Part shown: positions 25,398 through 37,515 of the stretch, one piece after another | Layout of the letters: each line of letters begins with the position of its first letter | Numbering within the stretch: position 1 is the first letter of the stretch | Origin: Felis catus | Taxonomy: Eukaryota | Direction: 5' to 3' | Assembly (NCBI RefSeq): GCF_018350175.1 | Contig: NC_058368.1 | Coordinates: 16,928,001-16,992,000 of the forward strand | Length of the DNA: 64,000 bases | The notes under the pieces: model-generated | The model's input: the letters and a program-made list of their open reading frames with translations, nothing else | What the model was told of the DNA's origin: nothing | The model's database searches: none | Position numbers and translations under genes: made by a program

Positions 25398-25600
25398 GGG
25401 GCGCCTGGTGGCTCACTTGGTTAAGTGTTGACTTCGGCTCAGGTCATGATCTCACGATTTGTGAGCCCCATGTCGGGCTCTGTTTTGATAGCTCAGAGCC
25501 TAGAACCTGCTCTGGATTCTGTGTCCCCCTCTGTCCCTGTTCCTGCCCCACTCGCATTCTGTGTCTCTGTCTCTCTAAGTAAAGACTAAAAAAAAAATAA
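25398..25600 (+). mobile_element. Can-SINE in UFM1 intron 2
   Basis: ggggcgcctggtggctcac... to poly-A. Confidence 0.92.
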
Positions 25601-25707
25601 TAAAGTTAGTGAACATAGTATACAATCAAAGTAGACAGCCTTTAGCCTCACTAGACCGCTTTGTCCAGGAGCTTTTTAAAAAATTCTTCTTAATTCTTCT
25701 TTTGCAG

Positions 25708-25765
25708 ACTTAGTGTTCCTGAAAGTACACCTTTCACAGCAGTCTTAAAGTTTGCGGCAGAGGAA
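25708..25765 (+). CDS. UFM1: UFM1 coding exon 3 (58 nt)
   Basis: Acceptor ttcttttgcag|A; encodes (V)LSVPESTPFTAVLKFAAEE; donor |GTAAGT. Confidence 0.98.
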
Positions 25766-26039
25766 GTAAGTATAGAAATTGGAACGACCTGTATGGAATG
25801 CAGCTTAGTGTCTCTCAAAAGTCTTTATGTTTTGCATGCGCTTTGACCTGCCACTTCTGTGTGAATTCATTACTAGGTTTATGGTATCAAAAAGTTAAGC
25901 CCAACTTACCAAATGTAAATGGAATGGAAGTTAAGACACAGATACAGAATGAGTTAAATCGACACATGTATTTTAATGCAACCATTGGAAATTCAGGAGA
26001 AGTTTTACTGAAATTGGAAGGTTTGGTGATCGGGGAATT

Positions 26040-26230
26040 TTTTTTTTCTTCCTTTTTTTGTTTTTTTGATGTTTATTTTTGTGAGAAAGAGGGAGACACA
26101 GAATCCAAAGCAGGCTCCAGGCTCTGAGCTGTCAGCGAAGAGCCTGACGCGGGGCTTGAACACATGAACCACGAGATCGTGACCTGAGCTCAAGTCGATT
26201 GCTAAATGGGCTGAGCCACCCAGGTGCCCC
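26040..26230 (-). mobile_element. Can-SINE in UFM1 intron 3
   Basis: SINE body; ggggaat on both flanks. Confidence 0.92.
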
Positions 26231-27079
26231 AATAGGGGAATATTTTTAAACAGCAACGTTATTTTACACGGCAGTCTGTAAACATATTTTAACGCATGGC
26301 AAGCCTCTCAGTTTCTCTTCTCTTCAAATTTTATAATCTGCAAAATGAGAGTGGTTAACATCTGCCCTTTCTATCTAATTAAGTGATTTTGAATAAAATT
26401 ATAATAACATTTACTAATAGTTTTTGAAGTTAAAAGTTCTGTGCAAATCTGGAGTAACTCAAATCCAAACATTTTGATGCACAATCTCAAAAAAGTTTAT
26501 GGTCACAGAAAAATAATTTTAGTAACTAAGTAAGAAATCAGCTTGCTCCTCAATCCTGCCCTGAACTTGTTATTCATGGGTGATCAGCCAGCCTGTCAGC
26601 GCTGGTCTTGTCAGGGACCACTGACATCATTTATCACTCATTCAGAATTAAACTGAAAAGTGGTAGTACTTGTTTTGCAGTCCATTTTAATCTATTCTTC
26701 ACCCATATTGAATAAGTAAAATAAAAGTAGGAAACAAATGTGAATACAGCATCAGTGTTACTTTTTGCTGCACAGATCACTTGTAGGAAATATTCCTGGT
26801 CCTGGGGTATAGCAGATCCCACAAACTGGGATCTTAAGAAGTAGATCCGTTTGAGCTATAATTAATATTTTATTCTTGTGTTTTGCAGTTATGTGGTTCT
26901 TTGTAAGGCAGAGGCATTGTTGTGAACTTGGTCTTCTGGTGGAAGTATAAATTCATAACAGACATGCAATAGAAAATAAACTTACAAACTTCACACAGCT
27001 GCATATATTTATTAAGGTTTTAAGATACCTTGGAACTATTAGGAATCATGGATGTTCCACATTTAAAAAGGTTATGACT

Positions 27080-27320
27080 GGGGCGCCTGGGTGGCACAGT
27101 CGGTTAAGCGTCCGACTTCAGCCAGGTCACGATCTCACGGTCCGTGAGTTCGAGCCCCGCGTCGGGCTCTGGGCTGATGGCTCGGAGCCTGGAGCTTGTT
27201 TCCGATTCTGTGTCTCCCTCTCTCTCTGCCCCTCCCCCGTTCATGCTCTGTCTCTCTCTGTCCCAAAAATAAATAAACGTTGAAAAAAAAAATTTTAAAA
27301 AAAATAAATAAAAAAAAAAT
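27080..27320 (+). mobile_element. Young cat-type Can-SINE in UFM1 intron 3
   Basis: CpG-intact body and long A tail; TSD aggttatgact. Confidence 0.96.
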
Positions 27321-27954
27321 AGGTTATGACTTTCAAGCAGCAACGAGAACGTCTTTCACAAGATGAGACATTATAGGATCTTTTAGTGAGAACAAGAGTT
27401 GAGTTGACTTAAACTGAGAGTCTGTTTTAAATCCCTAGTCAAATATCTTTAAAAAATAAGAAAATTCCCCAGTATAACCAAGAATTAATTTAACTAAGCA
27501 ATGAGTTGTCAAAAACTGAGAATAGCCTTTTAACATCCTAAATCAGACTTAGAGGGTCTGAGAAAGAAAAGAAATGAAAACTTAGAAGCATGGAGTACAT
27601 CCTACATACAGAAGAAAACTTGTCAGTAATGTAGAATGAACGTAATAGTTGCTGAATTTTACATTGCGGGTGCTGTTGCCCCAGATTAACTGCTTAACTG
27701 TCGTTTCTGCATTCTGAAGAAGGGAAAAATTATGGTTTGTAATGTTCATAAATATGCTGCTGCTATATGGATATAACTAAAAATGCACAGCTTATCTTAA
27801 AATGGACATAATCTAAGACTCAGACAAATAGTAGAGTAACTAAAACTTTGTAATACTAAAGTTTTAGAAATCTGAGATACCCTGTAATTGGATTTGGGTG
27901 TTTGTGCAAATTTTTATTAAGTATTACAATCTCTGTAAATGAGTTTTGAGGTAT

Positions 27955-28165
27955 TTTATTTATTTTTAATTTTTTTTAATGTTTATACATTTTTTGAGAG
28001 AGAGGGAGAGACTGAGCGTGAGGTGGGGGGGGTGGTGGGGAGCAGAGAGAGAGAGGGAGACACAATCTGAAGTAGTCTCAGGCTCTGAGCTGTCAGCACA
28101 GAGCCCGACACGGGGCTGAAATTCCACGAAACGTGAGATCACGATCTGAGCCACCCAGGCACCCC
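27955..28165 (-). mobile_element. Can-SINE in UFM1 intron 3 (internal deletion near head)
   Basis: TSD tgaggtatt. Confidence 0.9.
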
Positions 28166-29457
28166 TGAGGTATTCTAATATTTATGTATTAAAGCATATT
28201 TTGAAGTTATTTTAAGTGAGGTTTATTTAAATTTTTTAAATTCTGGAAAGGACATTTACCATTAAGAATGTACCATATGGACAGTAAAGTTGAGTGTTTA
28301 TTAGGTACGTAATCCAGTAGTAGGCCGTTGTCCTTATGCATCATTAAGTTTTTAATTTATAAATTAAAATAAGCATTCAGTTTTTAATTTATAAATTACA
28401 ATAAGCATTTAGTTGTTTTTCTTAACTACGCATATGTGACCATTATAAATACCCAGCACAGCATTTCCTAGAGTACTTTTCCCAGACCACCAAAACAAAC
28501 CACCAAAAACAAACAAACCCATGAAAACCTAGAATCAGTGAAAGAGTGTGGGAAACACTTCATTCACCATTTCCTTCTTGGAGCTAAATAAACTATATTA
28601 TTTAATTTAGTGTTTTCCAAACTTACTTGATCACAAAACTCGACTGTAATATCTGTAAAACTAATCTATAGCATAGAAGTGCTTAATACATATTTGTTAG
28701 ATAAATGAATGAACTTATGAGGATATGAACACATTCTGACCACTACTGGTCTCCAGAACATTAAGGGAAGAATTCTCCCTTTAGCTACCAATAAGTTCCA
28801 TACCACATTTTATTGATTCAGAAAACACCTCTTTTTACACCTCTAGAAGTAGATCAGCAGAGTCTTCTTGTCACTATTAGCCAAGTGGCAGGCACATAAT
28901 TGTCTAGTTGACATCACCTGTGCACCAAATTGAACTTAGTTGTTATTTCCTGGTGGCATAATTAGACTATTGCAATCCTGTGAAATTTAAGTCAGCAATA
29001 CATTAAATACAGAGAATTTGAGGAAAGAATTTGAACTTTGGTCTTCCATTAAACACAAGAGAGCATTTATTTGACGTTACTATTTCTACAAATAACTTTT
29101 AGGAATATTCTGAGCAATTGTTTTGCTTTTATTTTTGATTATGCAAGAGAATGATGTATAATAAAAGTAATGTATCTAAATTTGGAAGAGTAAATAATCA
29201 TCAGGTCATAAATTCATTGACAGTGTTTTTCCTTTTTTGTACTGCATAAAATAAGGTGCATTTTGTGATCCATGGTGTCCTAGATGCAGTGAAATGCAGT
29301 ATTTAGAAAATAATACTGTTCACTAAAACTAAAACAAAACTACAGTATTTTCTTTGGTGACATTGCTTATCCTAAAATACAAATCACATTTGAGGATAAT
29401 AGAATTTATTATATGTACCTCATCCTTGCTAACCATCTTTTGTAGATTATGTATGTG

Positions 29458-29463
<6 letters not shown>

Positions 29464-29490
<27 letters not shown>
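29464..29490. repeat. (TG)13 microsatellite upstream of exon 4
   Basis: Direct reading. Confidence 0.95.
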
Positions 29491-29548
29491 ATTTTTTACT
29501 TCTATACATTTTTATATATATGTATGAAGTTTTTTTTCCCCCTTTTAG

Positions 29549-29588
29549 TTTAAAGTTCCTGCAGCAACAAGTGCAATTATTACCAATG
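29549..29588 (+). CDS. UFM1: UFM1 coding exon 4 (40 nt)
   Basis: Acceptor cccccttttag|TTT; encodes FKVPAATSAIITN(D); donor |GTAAGA. Confidence 0.98.
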
Positions 29589-30799
29589 GTAAGAATTCAT
29601 TTTAAAACTTCATTACCTGAGAGCAATACAAGTTGTTTTAAAAGGCTAAATTAATTAAAATCGAGTTAAATACAAAAAAAAATTTATATCAACATAAATG
29701 ATATACATGATTATAAACACGAAGTCAAAGTTATTGTCTATAATGAGCTCTTTTCAGTTTCCTTAGCTTTTGGTATTGTATAGCATTTTACTGTGTCTTG
29801 TGTCCTTACCACTTCATGCCAGATTATTACTAAAAATAACTTTTCCTTTTTTTTTTTTTTTTTAACAAGGTGTGTTGTTGTTTAATAAGTTGTAGATGCT
29901 TTTAGAATATGGGAAGTTAGATGGGGGATATATATATACCTTTGCTGTATATAGCTTTTTACTGCTTTCCTGACAGCACACTATTTCTTTTAGGGCTGAA
30001 ATAATGAGGATTTTATTCAGTTAGATCTATAGTTTAAATTCCGAATACCTTAGAGTACTGGTCAGAAGTGTGATGGAACTAGCCCTGCGAGAAAATACTG
30101 AAATAAGATGAGTAGAGATTGCTAGAAGGCTTTCACTGTCTTGCAAAAATAGAAGGTAATACTTACAGGTGCTGGCCCATGGTTCGTGTACAGTTAAGAT
30201 AGCCTAACAAGAGAAGATGGGTTTAATGTGCAGTGGCATGATTTAGTTTAGATACACAGAATTTCTCACTCTGAAACATTCTGCCTGTGGTCACATTGAA
30301 GTGTTTCTCTACTTGAAAAGAAAGCTAGCCTACTTTCCTGAGAAAGTTTTAGATTTACAAATGAATAGTTGCTACGAAAGTGCTTTGTGTACTTTATCAG
30401 GTGTCACTGCAACTTGAATTAAATGATTTTGTGGGCCCTTCTGGCCTTAAGATTGTCTGCCTCAGGAGCAATATCAAAACGATTAATGACATGTCTAAGG
30501 GCTTCTGACTTTATTTTACATTGTGTGTGGTGTGATAGAATAAACTATCTTCTGTGGAATTCATCAGCATCGTCTCATTGACAGATGTTCTTATCTAATC
30601 CAACAGTGTATGTAAATGCACAATAGTAATGGATCTCAACAGGTAACTTACCTGAAAGATTTGTCATTCATGTTTTTGGATTTAAATTGTTTGGCTTGTG
30701 CCTATATACACAGTAGCAGCAAATCTCTACTTGTTACTATTGAACCATTTTATCTTTAGAAATAAAACAACTTAGATGGTTTTACAACTTATTTTCTAG

Positions 30800-30832
30800 A
30801 TGGAATAGGAATAAATCCTGCACAGACTGCTG
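30800..30832 (+). CDS. UFM1: UFM1 coding exon 5 (33 nt)
   Basis: Acceptor ttattttctag|AT; encodes (D)GIGINPAQTA(G); donor |GTGAGT. Confidence 0.97.
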
Positions 30833-32279
30833 GTGAGTATCTATCTGAAACCATGAAGACGTGGGTGGGGCTCTGTCTGTCAATTGATAATTCCTTCTAA
30901 TGAGACTTGATTAGATTTTCTCCAGGCTAATAGCTGTTTTTTTAGGGATTATCTAGCAGTCTTGACCTATGTATCTGAGAGATAATTTGTTTCATTGTGG
31001 GTATCAGCTATATATGCTTTGAGCTACAAGAGAAAAACCTCACTAATAAGCATTAAAGGTGTTTAATACATTGAACGAAGAGTCTGAAGGTAAGATTGTA
31101 CTCTTATGAGAATAATGATTTTGACCTACCTGTATAAGGTGGTGGTGAGATGGCACCTGGGAATCACTTAAAAGTTTGAAGCCTTCAGTAAGGGCTAGCT
31201 ATTACTATTTCAAAGAAGTGCAGTCATTTAAATTTCAGGGGACTTAGTTCACACTCAGAGCTTCAAACTTAGTATTCTACAGGGCTATGTGTTGATGTCC
31301 TAACAAGCAAGCAGAGTAAAAGCAATCCTGAACTTTTTAACAGGTAGTTTTATGCTTTTTAGATGTACCTTTTTTTGGTTTATACTCTAATTGTACCTTA
31401 ATTCATTACTTAATTATAATTAATTACTTGCATCTAATTGTACCTAATCCAGATGTACCTGTTTTTGGTGTATAGTCTAATTACAGTGTTTTAAAATTAA
31501 TCATGCTTTAATCTGATGCGATCTATGTGATCTCAATTTGAGTGGTAGTTCTGTTTATTATATACTAAAGTACTAATGTATTATAACAAAATTATATTGC
31601 CCTCATAAGGCTTTGAAATTGAAACTCAGCTATAGAGAAAATGAAGAGGGATTTAAAATTGTAATTATTTTTATTTAAATCGGTAGTTTTAAGTATATAG
31701 TGTTATGAAATTAAAAAGGTCATTTATTGAAAATCATGAGCCATTTTATTGTGTAGATGCCTTTAAACTTAGGTTTAAAGGTTTTATTTTTTCTTACTCT
31801 GTAAATGTTCAGCAGCTTATATTAATTTGAGTTGCCACTTATTCTAACTTGTTGCCTGATGTATTACTCTTAAAAGTTGAATTGTACACTTCACGGAGCG
31901 TGGAGAAAATTTCCACAAGCAGTTGAGCAAAGATAGGTCAGATCAGGTTTCTAAACGTTTGTCATTTGTGGTAATTTATAATTTACTATTTTTTCTGTCC
32001 TTAGACACTTTAGCGTGTGTTCAGTTAGCAAGTCTTGATGGTTAATTTAAATTACATTGTTGTCCGCTGAGTGTTTGTGTTAGCACTTTCGTGGCTAGTG
32101 TTTCTTATTTAAAATTTTCAGATATTTGGTTGGGTTGTGAAGATTTCAGAGGAATGTTAGGAAGCATGGAGTTAGATTCTGGTGATATTTGAGCTTCCAG
32201 ACCGACTTACTGTGTACTACGTTGTTTCTTGTATTAACAATAGTTGTTGCAATGTTTAAGACAACTTGTCATTTTTTGA

Positions 32280-32378
<99 letters not shown>

Positions 32379-34360
32379 TACCCGCTACTCGGAACATAGG
32401 ATTACCTTTCCAAATAAATAAATATTGGTATCGTCGTGAAAGTGAAATCAAGCATTTGAAACACTACGAGAACACCAGTCGTTGATGAAATAATGAAGGG
32501 CGACTGTCCCTTCCTGTTATCCAGACTCTTCCTTTGAGGAGGGGCTGCTTGTGCACAGAGGGCACCATCTCCACAGAAGATCATAGTCTATCGTTGCTAC
32601 CTCACAACACACACACGTAGTTCATTTGGGGTAAATGGATTATCCAGCTGTGTTTTGTAAGTGGTGGATGCTTCTGAGAACTCTTTCTGAGAACGTTTAG
32701 AAAATTAAAGTTGACTGAATCTTCCTATTTGAGTTAAAAACTAAAGGATTAGGGTTCGTACGTGGCAGTTTGCTTGATAGCATCTGACTTGCAGATTTAA
32801 AAATAGTTGAATTCTTAATTGTATGTGGTTTATGACAAAGGATATAGACATACCGGTGAATACTAAGCTATCTTAACTTTTTATCATTTATGTTTTTTAA
32901 CTTTTGAACTATGTCAGAAGTCCCCAAATTGAATTTTTTTTTGATCTAGCCCTTAGGCATAAAATTGATAACCCACACCAAACAATTTTAACTATGATCT
33001 CGCAGAATCCAATACTTGTAATGGTAAAAATTGAGAATAAAGAAGTGTCCTTTGCTGAGTTATGTATCCTTTATCAGTCTCTTTGAATACAGCCTTTAAA
33101 ACAGGATCCTTTAAGAAACTCTTGTCTTACTGAGGATGATATTTCTAAATAGCATTCAGGAAGAGAGTATTAGATCTGGAGTTCGTAACAGAGCTCTGGG
33201 AAATGCTAATTGGAAATGCTGGTTATTATACTTACTAAAGACCCAACATTTAAGGAAATGTTTAGTCATTCAAGTGAATAAGAAGTCAGGAAGGGAATCT
33301 AGGGGAAGCCCCAGTGACCACTTTCCTAATAAGGAGGAAAGAACAAAAGACAAGCCGTGAAGGGGAACAGAAGGCTGTAGCAAATGTCACAGAAAAAGCC
33401 ACCTGGATCACAGAGGGTATGCGGTAGAGTACTGAAGAGGAAAAGAAAATACTTGATGTCAGAAGGAGCAAAAGACAAAGTGAGAAAGCAAAGTGTAGGC
33501 TGTGTCAACAACAACTTCAGAATTCCCTTTATGATAAGTCAGTAGTGCAAATCAATATCTATGCAAATCTTTTAAAAGATGAAAGGCTCATAGCGATTCA
33601 GAAACAGTGCTTGGCCTGTGATATTCATGATGATGAGCTCTCTGGAGGCAGGCTTTGTGTCTGTCTTGTCTTTTGAGACCTGGAAATGTAGTAAGCTTTC
33701 AATAAATAACTTGCTGAGTTACTCATGAATAAAGTATCTCAGACCAGTTTTTATCTAGGTGTGTTTCAGTTATCTTTCCTGTCATAGGCCCTAGGTTTAT
33801 TAGAGAAAAAACGTACGAGGAAATGCAACAGGGTCGCCATCTCAAGGGTGACATCATTAGTTAGGTTTAAGAAATTAACCAGATATTGTCATATATTTAA
33901 CAAATGAACGGCATCATTCAGAATTGTAAAGGTAGAAGAATATACTTCTAATGTTTTGGGAGGTTTTTATTTTTATAAGTAAAATTGATGCTCAAAGACC
34001 CCTGGTTCTTAATATTAATAAGCTTCCATTAACCAGAAATTTATGAATACCCATTCCCTGAATTTTTTTTTGTTTAGATATCCCTCCATCCTGTTTCTAC
34101 AACAAAATCTGCCTGCTGTGTTACACAAGTTTATGATGTCCTGTGCCATGAAGTAATTTAATATTTTTGTTCTTTGATTTTGAAATTTTGTCGTAGTAAG
34201 TCTTTAAATACATTTTCCTAAGGATCTGGACATCTTGTTATTAAATAAATGTGGTCTGTAAGTTCTGTATGCAGAATGTTTTGAAGTGTCGTATTTTGTA
34301 AATGCATAGTTGGTACATAACTAATATCTTACAAAAATACATTTTATCATACCATAAACT
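32379..34360 (+). other. UFM1: UFM1 3' UTR (distal end approximate) with several poly(A) signals
   Basis: AATAAA at 32413, 33036, 33701, 33728 and 34244. The tract is free of Can-SINEs. The end is inferred, not observed. Confidence 0.55.
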
Positions 34361-35024
34361 GTATTGTCTTCTCTTACTACTTCATTACTAAAGCTCTTAA
34401 CACACCTGTAGAGCTGGTGTATAATAACTGTTGCAAAACAGGGAGGGAAGCAAGATGATTAATGGCCACAGGTCATAGGAATCAGTATATGCTCCCAAAT
34501 GCCAGTTCTTTTTCAGGAACAAAAAAGAGATTAAGTAATTGTCTAGGTTTCAAACCTAACTGATTATCAGAGCCACCTAGAGAATTAAAAATACGAATGT
34601 CTGGAAACCACTGCTAAAGTTTTGAAATCATTAAATCTGACAAGGTGTGTAAGGATGTCTGTTTACTGAATCAGTCCTGGTGATTGCTGTTGTGCAGCTG
34701 TGTTTGAGAATGAATGATAAGCCTACCTTTTCACTTTGCAGATGGACAAAATTAAGTCCAAGGGGACACAGTTCTAGGTCTTGGAAAGTATACATTCCAC
34801 TTCTTGGTTCCCTAGCAGCCAAGTGCAGAGATACTAGCTAATAGTCTCTCACTGGTAGTAAGCCTCCTTTTAAAGTATTTCAAGTGCAATAGTTGTGGAT
34901 ATTTTATTAAAATTAGTTGAACGAAAAATTAGTGGGAAGAAAATTCAGTCCCATTTAAGCCACCCTCTCCCCAAATTGAGATAGTAAGAATATCTACCAT
35001 GTCTTTTACCCAAGGACCTTGAAA

Positions 35025-35219
35025 TATTTGTTTATTCTTACTTATTTTGAGAGAGTGAGCAAGCAGGGAGGGGGAGAAAGAGGGAGACAGAATCCTAAGC
35101 AGGCCCCATGCTGTCAGCACAGAGCCTGATGTGGGGCTCGAACCCATGAACCATGAGATCATCACCTGAGCTGAAATCAAGCGTTGGACCCTTAACCAAC
35201 TGAGCCACCCAGGTGCCCC
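35025..35219 (-). mobile_element. Can-SINE
   Basis: TSD aggacctt... on both flanks. Confidence 0.92.
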
Positions 35220-37284
35220 AGGACCTTAAGACATTTTTGAATTTGGAAGCATTAATCTGTTTTAATGGAGCAGTTCTAAATTGACTGCTAAGTGTTCCCA
35301 AGGCTGTTTATAAAGCTGCAAATTACATGTGTAAGCTATATATATGCATGTGTGTGTATATGCATATGTATATTTACATATTCTGTAGTTTATGGTTCTA
35401 TATATGTACATATGTATGTATGTATGTACACATACATACATTTCACCCAAAAGAAATGTATTGAACATCTATGTGTCAAATGTTTTGATAGTTATTTCCA
35501 CTTACCTCATTCTTCACAACAATTCCAAATTATCTGTGTTTTACAGAAAAAGAATGAGACCTGCAGTAGTTGAGATCTGAATTTTAGCCCCTTTTTTTGT
35601 GACTTTGGAACCCTCCAGATCATACCAGGAGAATTTTTTAGAATCTTTTTTTTTTCTCCACAATATACCAAATTTGTATCTATATTGAGTTATAAATTTA
35701 AAAATACAAAAGGGATGTGTAGGGCTTAAATTCTTATTTCAGAGTACTGAATCTGTGTATAGTAATCATGAATGGCATTATTTTTCAATATGTGGTATAA
35801 ATTTGATAGGGTAAACATGGTAAAATACAGGACATTAAAAGTCAATCAAATCATGATTCTGGTGCTACTCCATTAGGGTGGCGTAGTGGGAACAGGACTA
35901 TGGCCCCGTATTCATCAGCTCCAAGAGACACTTGATGTTTTCATAATTTTATGTATCTTGCAGACGCAGCTATGAGATGGTAACCTGCTCTTCTGACCAG
36001 ACTGTTGCCCATAAGCCCTTCCAGTACACAAGTCCTGGAACTACTCTGATAATGCAGGAGATACATAAATCATTTAAACCAGGCTATGTAATTAAACCGT
36101 TATTTGAAATAATCTCAAGAGATGCAGTCTATACGATCTATCAGCTACTTCCTCTAAACTGCCTAAGCCAGGTGTTTGGAACTCATTAGATCTTTTTTTT
36201 CCTTTCTTTTGCCATAGCAAACCAATCACAAGGTTCTACTGATTCCATTTATGAAATACAGCTCAAGACCTAGTGTAACGAAAAGCCTCATCATCTCATA
36301 AATACTATTAGAAAAGCTTCTAGTCTCTCCATTTCCCCTTTCACACTTGTAATGAGCTTCTTGACATGGAAGTATGATCCTGTGGTTCCACTAGTCAAAA
36401 TCCTACTGAATAAAAATCTGTACTTTCTCTATGAGACCCTTCACGAACTGGTCTTTGTTCAGAGCCATCGATGAAAGGTTAACCATCACTCTCTTACAGT
36501 CTCCTCCAATTCGCAATGCAGTTACACTGAACTCCTAACACTTAGTATCTCTGTTGTGCTGGTCTCACACCTCCATGCCTTTACTTTCCCCATTGGTCTT
36601 CCTGAAAAACCTAGGATTGATTCTTTGAATTTAAAAGCCGTTGGAGCTTTTCCTCAGTCCTCCCAAGCCGAGCTAGGTGTTTAACTGTCTAAGCAACCAC
36701 TGCATTTTGTACGTTCACTCATTATAGCAATTGTTAGAGACAGAACTATGGTATTTGTCTCTGATTTAAAGTATACATTTAATTATCTTGCCCATAACAG
36801 ATACTCAAGAAGTACTTTATGATTGAAAGACTGCATAAAAGAATGAAAACTCTGAAAATTGCAACTATTTGTGGCTCATGTCTAGTAACTTCTTTAGCTA
36901 GAATATTTGGTAAATAAATATATTTCTCACCACTTCTTGTAGCAGAGAATTTACTGACTCAGAAATGAATTAATCACTCTTTTAAAAGTGAAAACATTCT
37001 CCCATTTTTAACAAATATATGTTGATTATTGGTATCTCATGGCAATTGCCAAATACTGGAGACGAAATATGATTAAGATTCATTTCCCTTGCTTTGGCTC
37101 TTCCAAATTTTGCTGTAAATCTACTGAAGAAGTAATTAGATGGAAGTGAAGATGTGCATCAGGCCCCTTTTTAATGTTCTGGGCACAGTGCTAGGCACTT
37201 CACACATCATCTCATTTAATCCTTAATCTCTGCAAAATTCTGGTTTTAATTTTTTCTCTTTACTGTGAAGAAAGCCAAGACTTA

Positions 37285-37515
37285 GGGACGCCTGCATAGC
37301 TCAGTTGGTTAAGCATCCAACTCTTGGTTTCGGCTCAGGTCATGATCTCAGGATTCGTGGGATTGAGTCCTGTGTCAGGCTCTGGGCTGACGGTATGGAG
37401 CTTGCTTGGGATTCTCTCTCTCCTCTCTGTGCCCCTCCCCTACTCGCACAAGCATGTGCTTCTGTGAGCTCTCTCTCTCTCAAAATAAACATTAAAAAAA
37501 AAGAAGAAGAAAAAA
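37285..37515 (+). mobile_element. Can-SINE
   Basis: Head, (CT)n and A tail. Confidence 0.9.
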
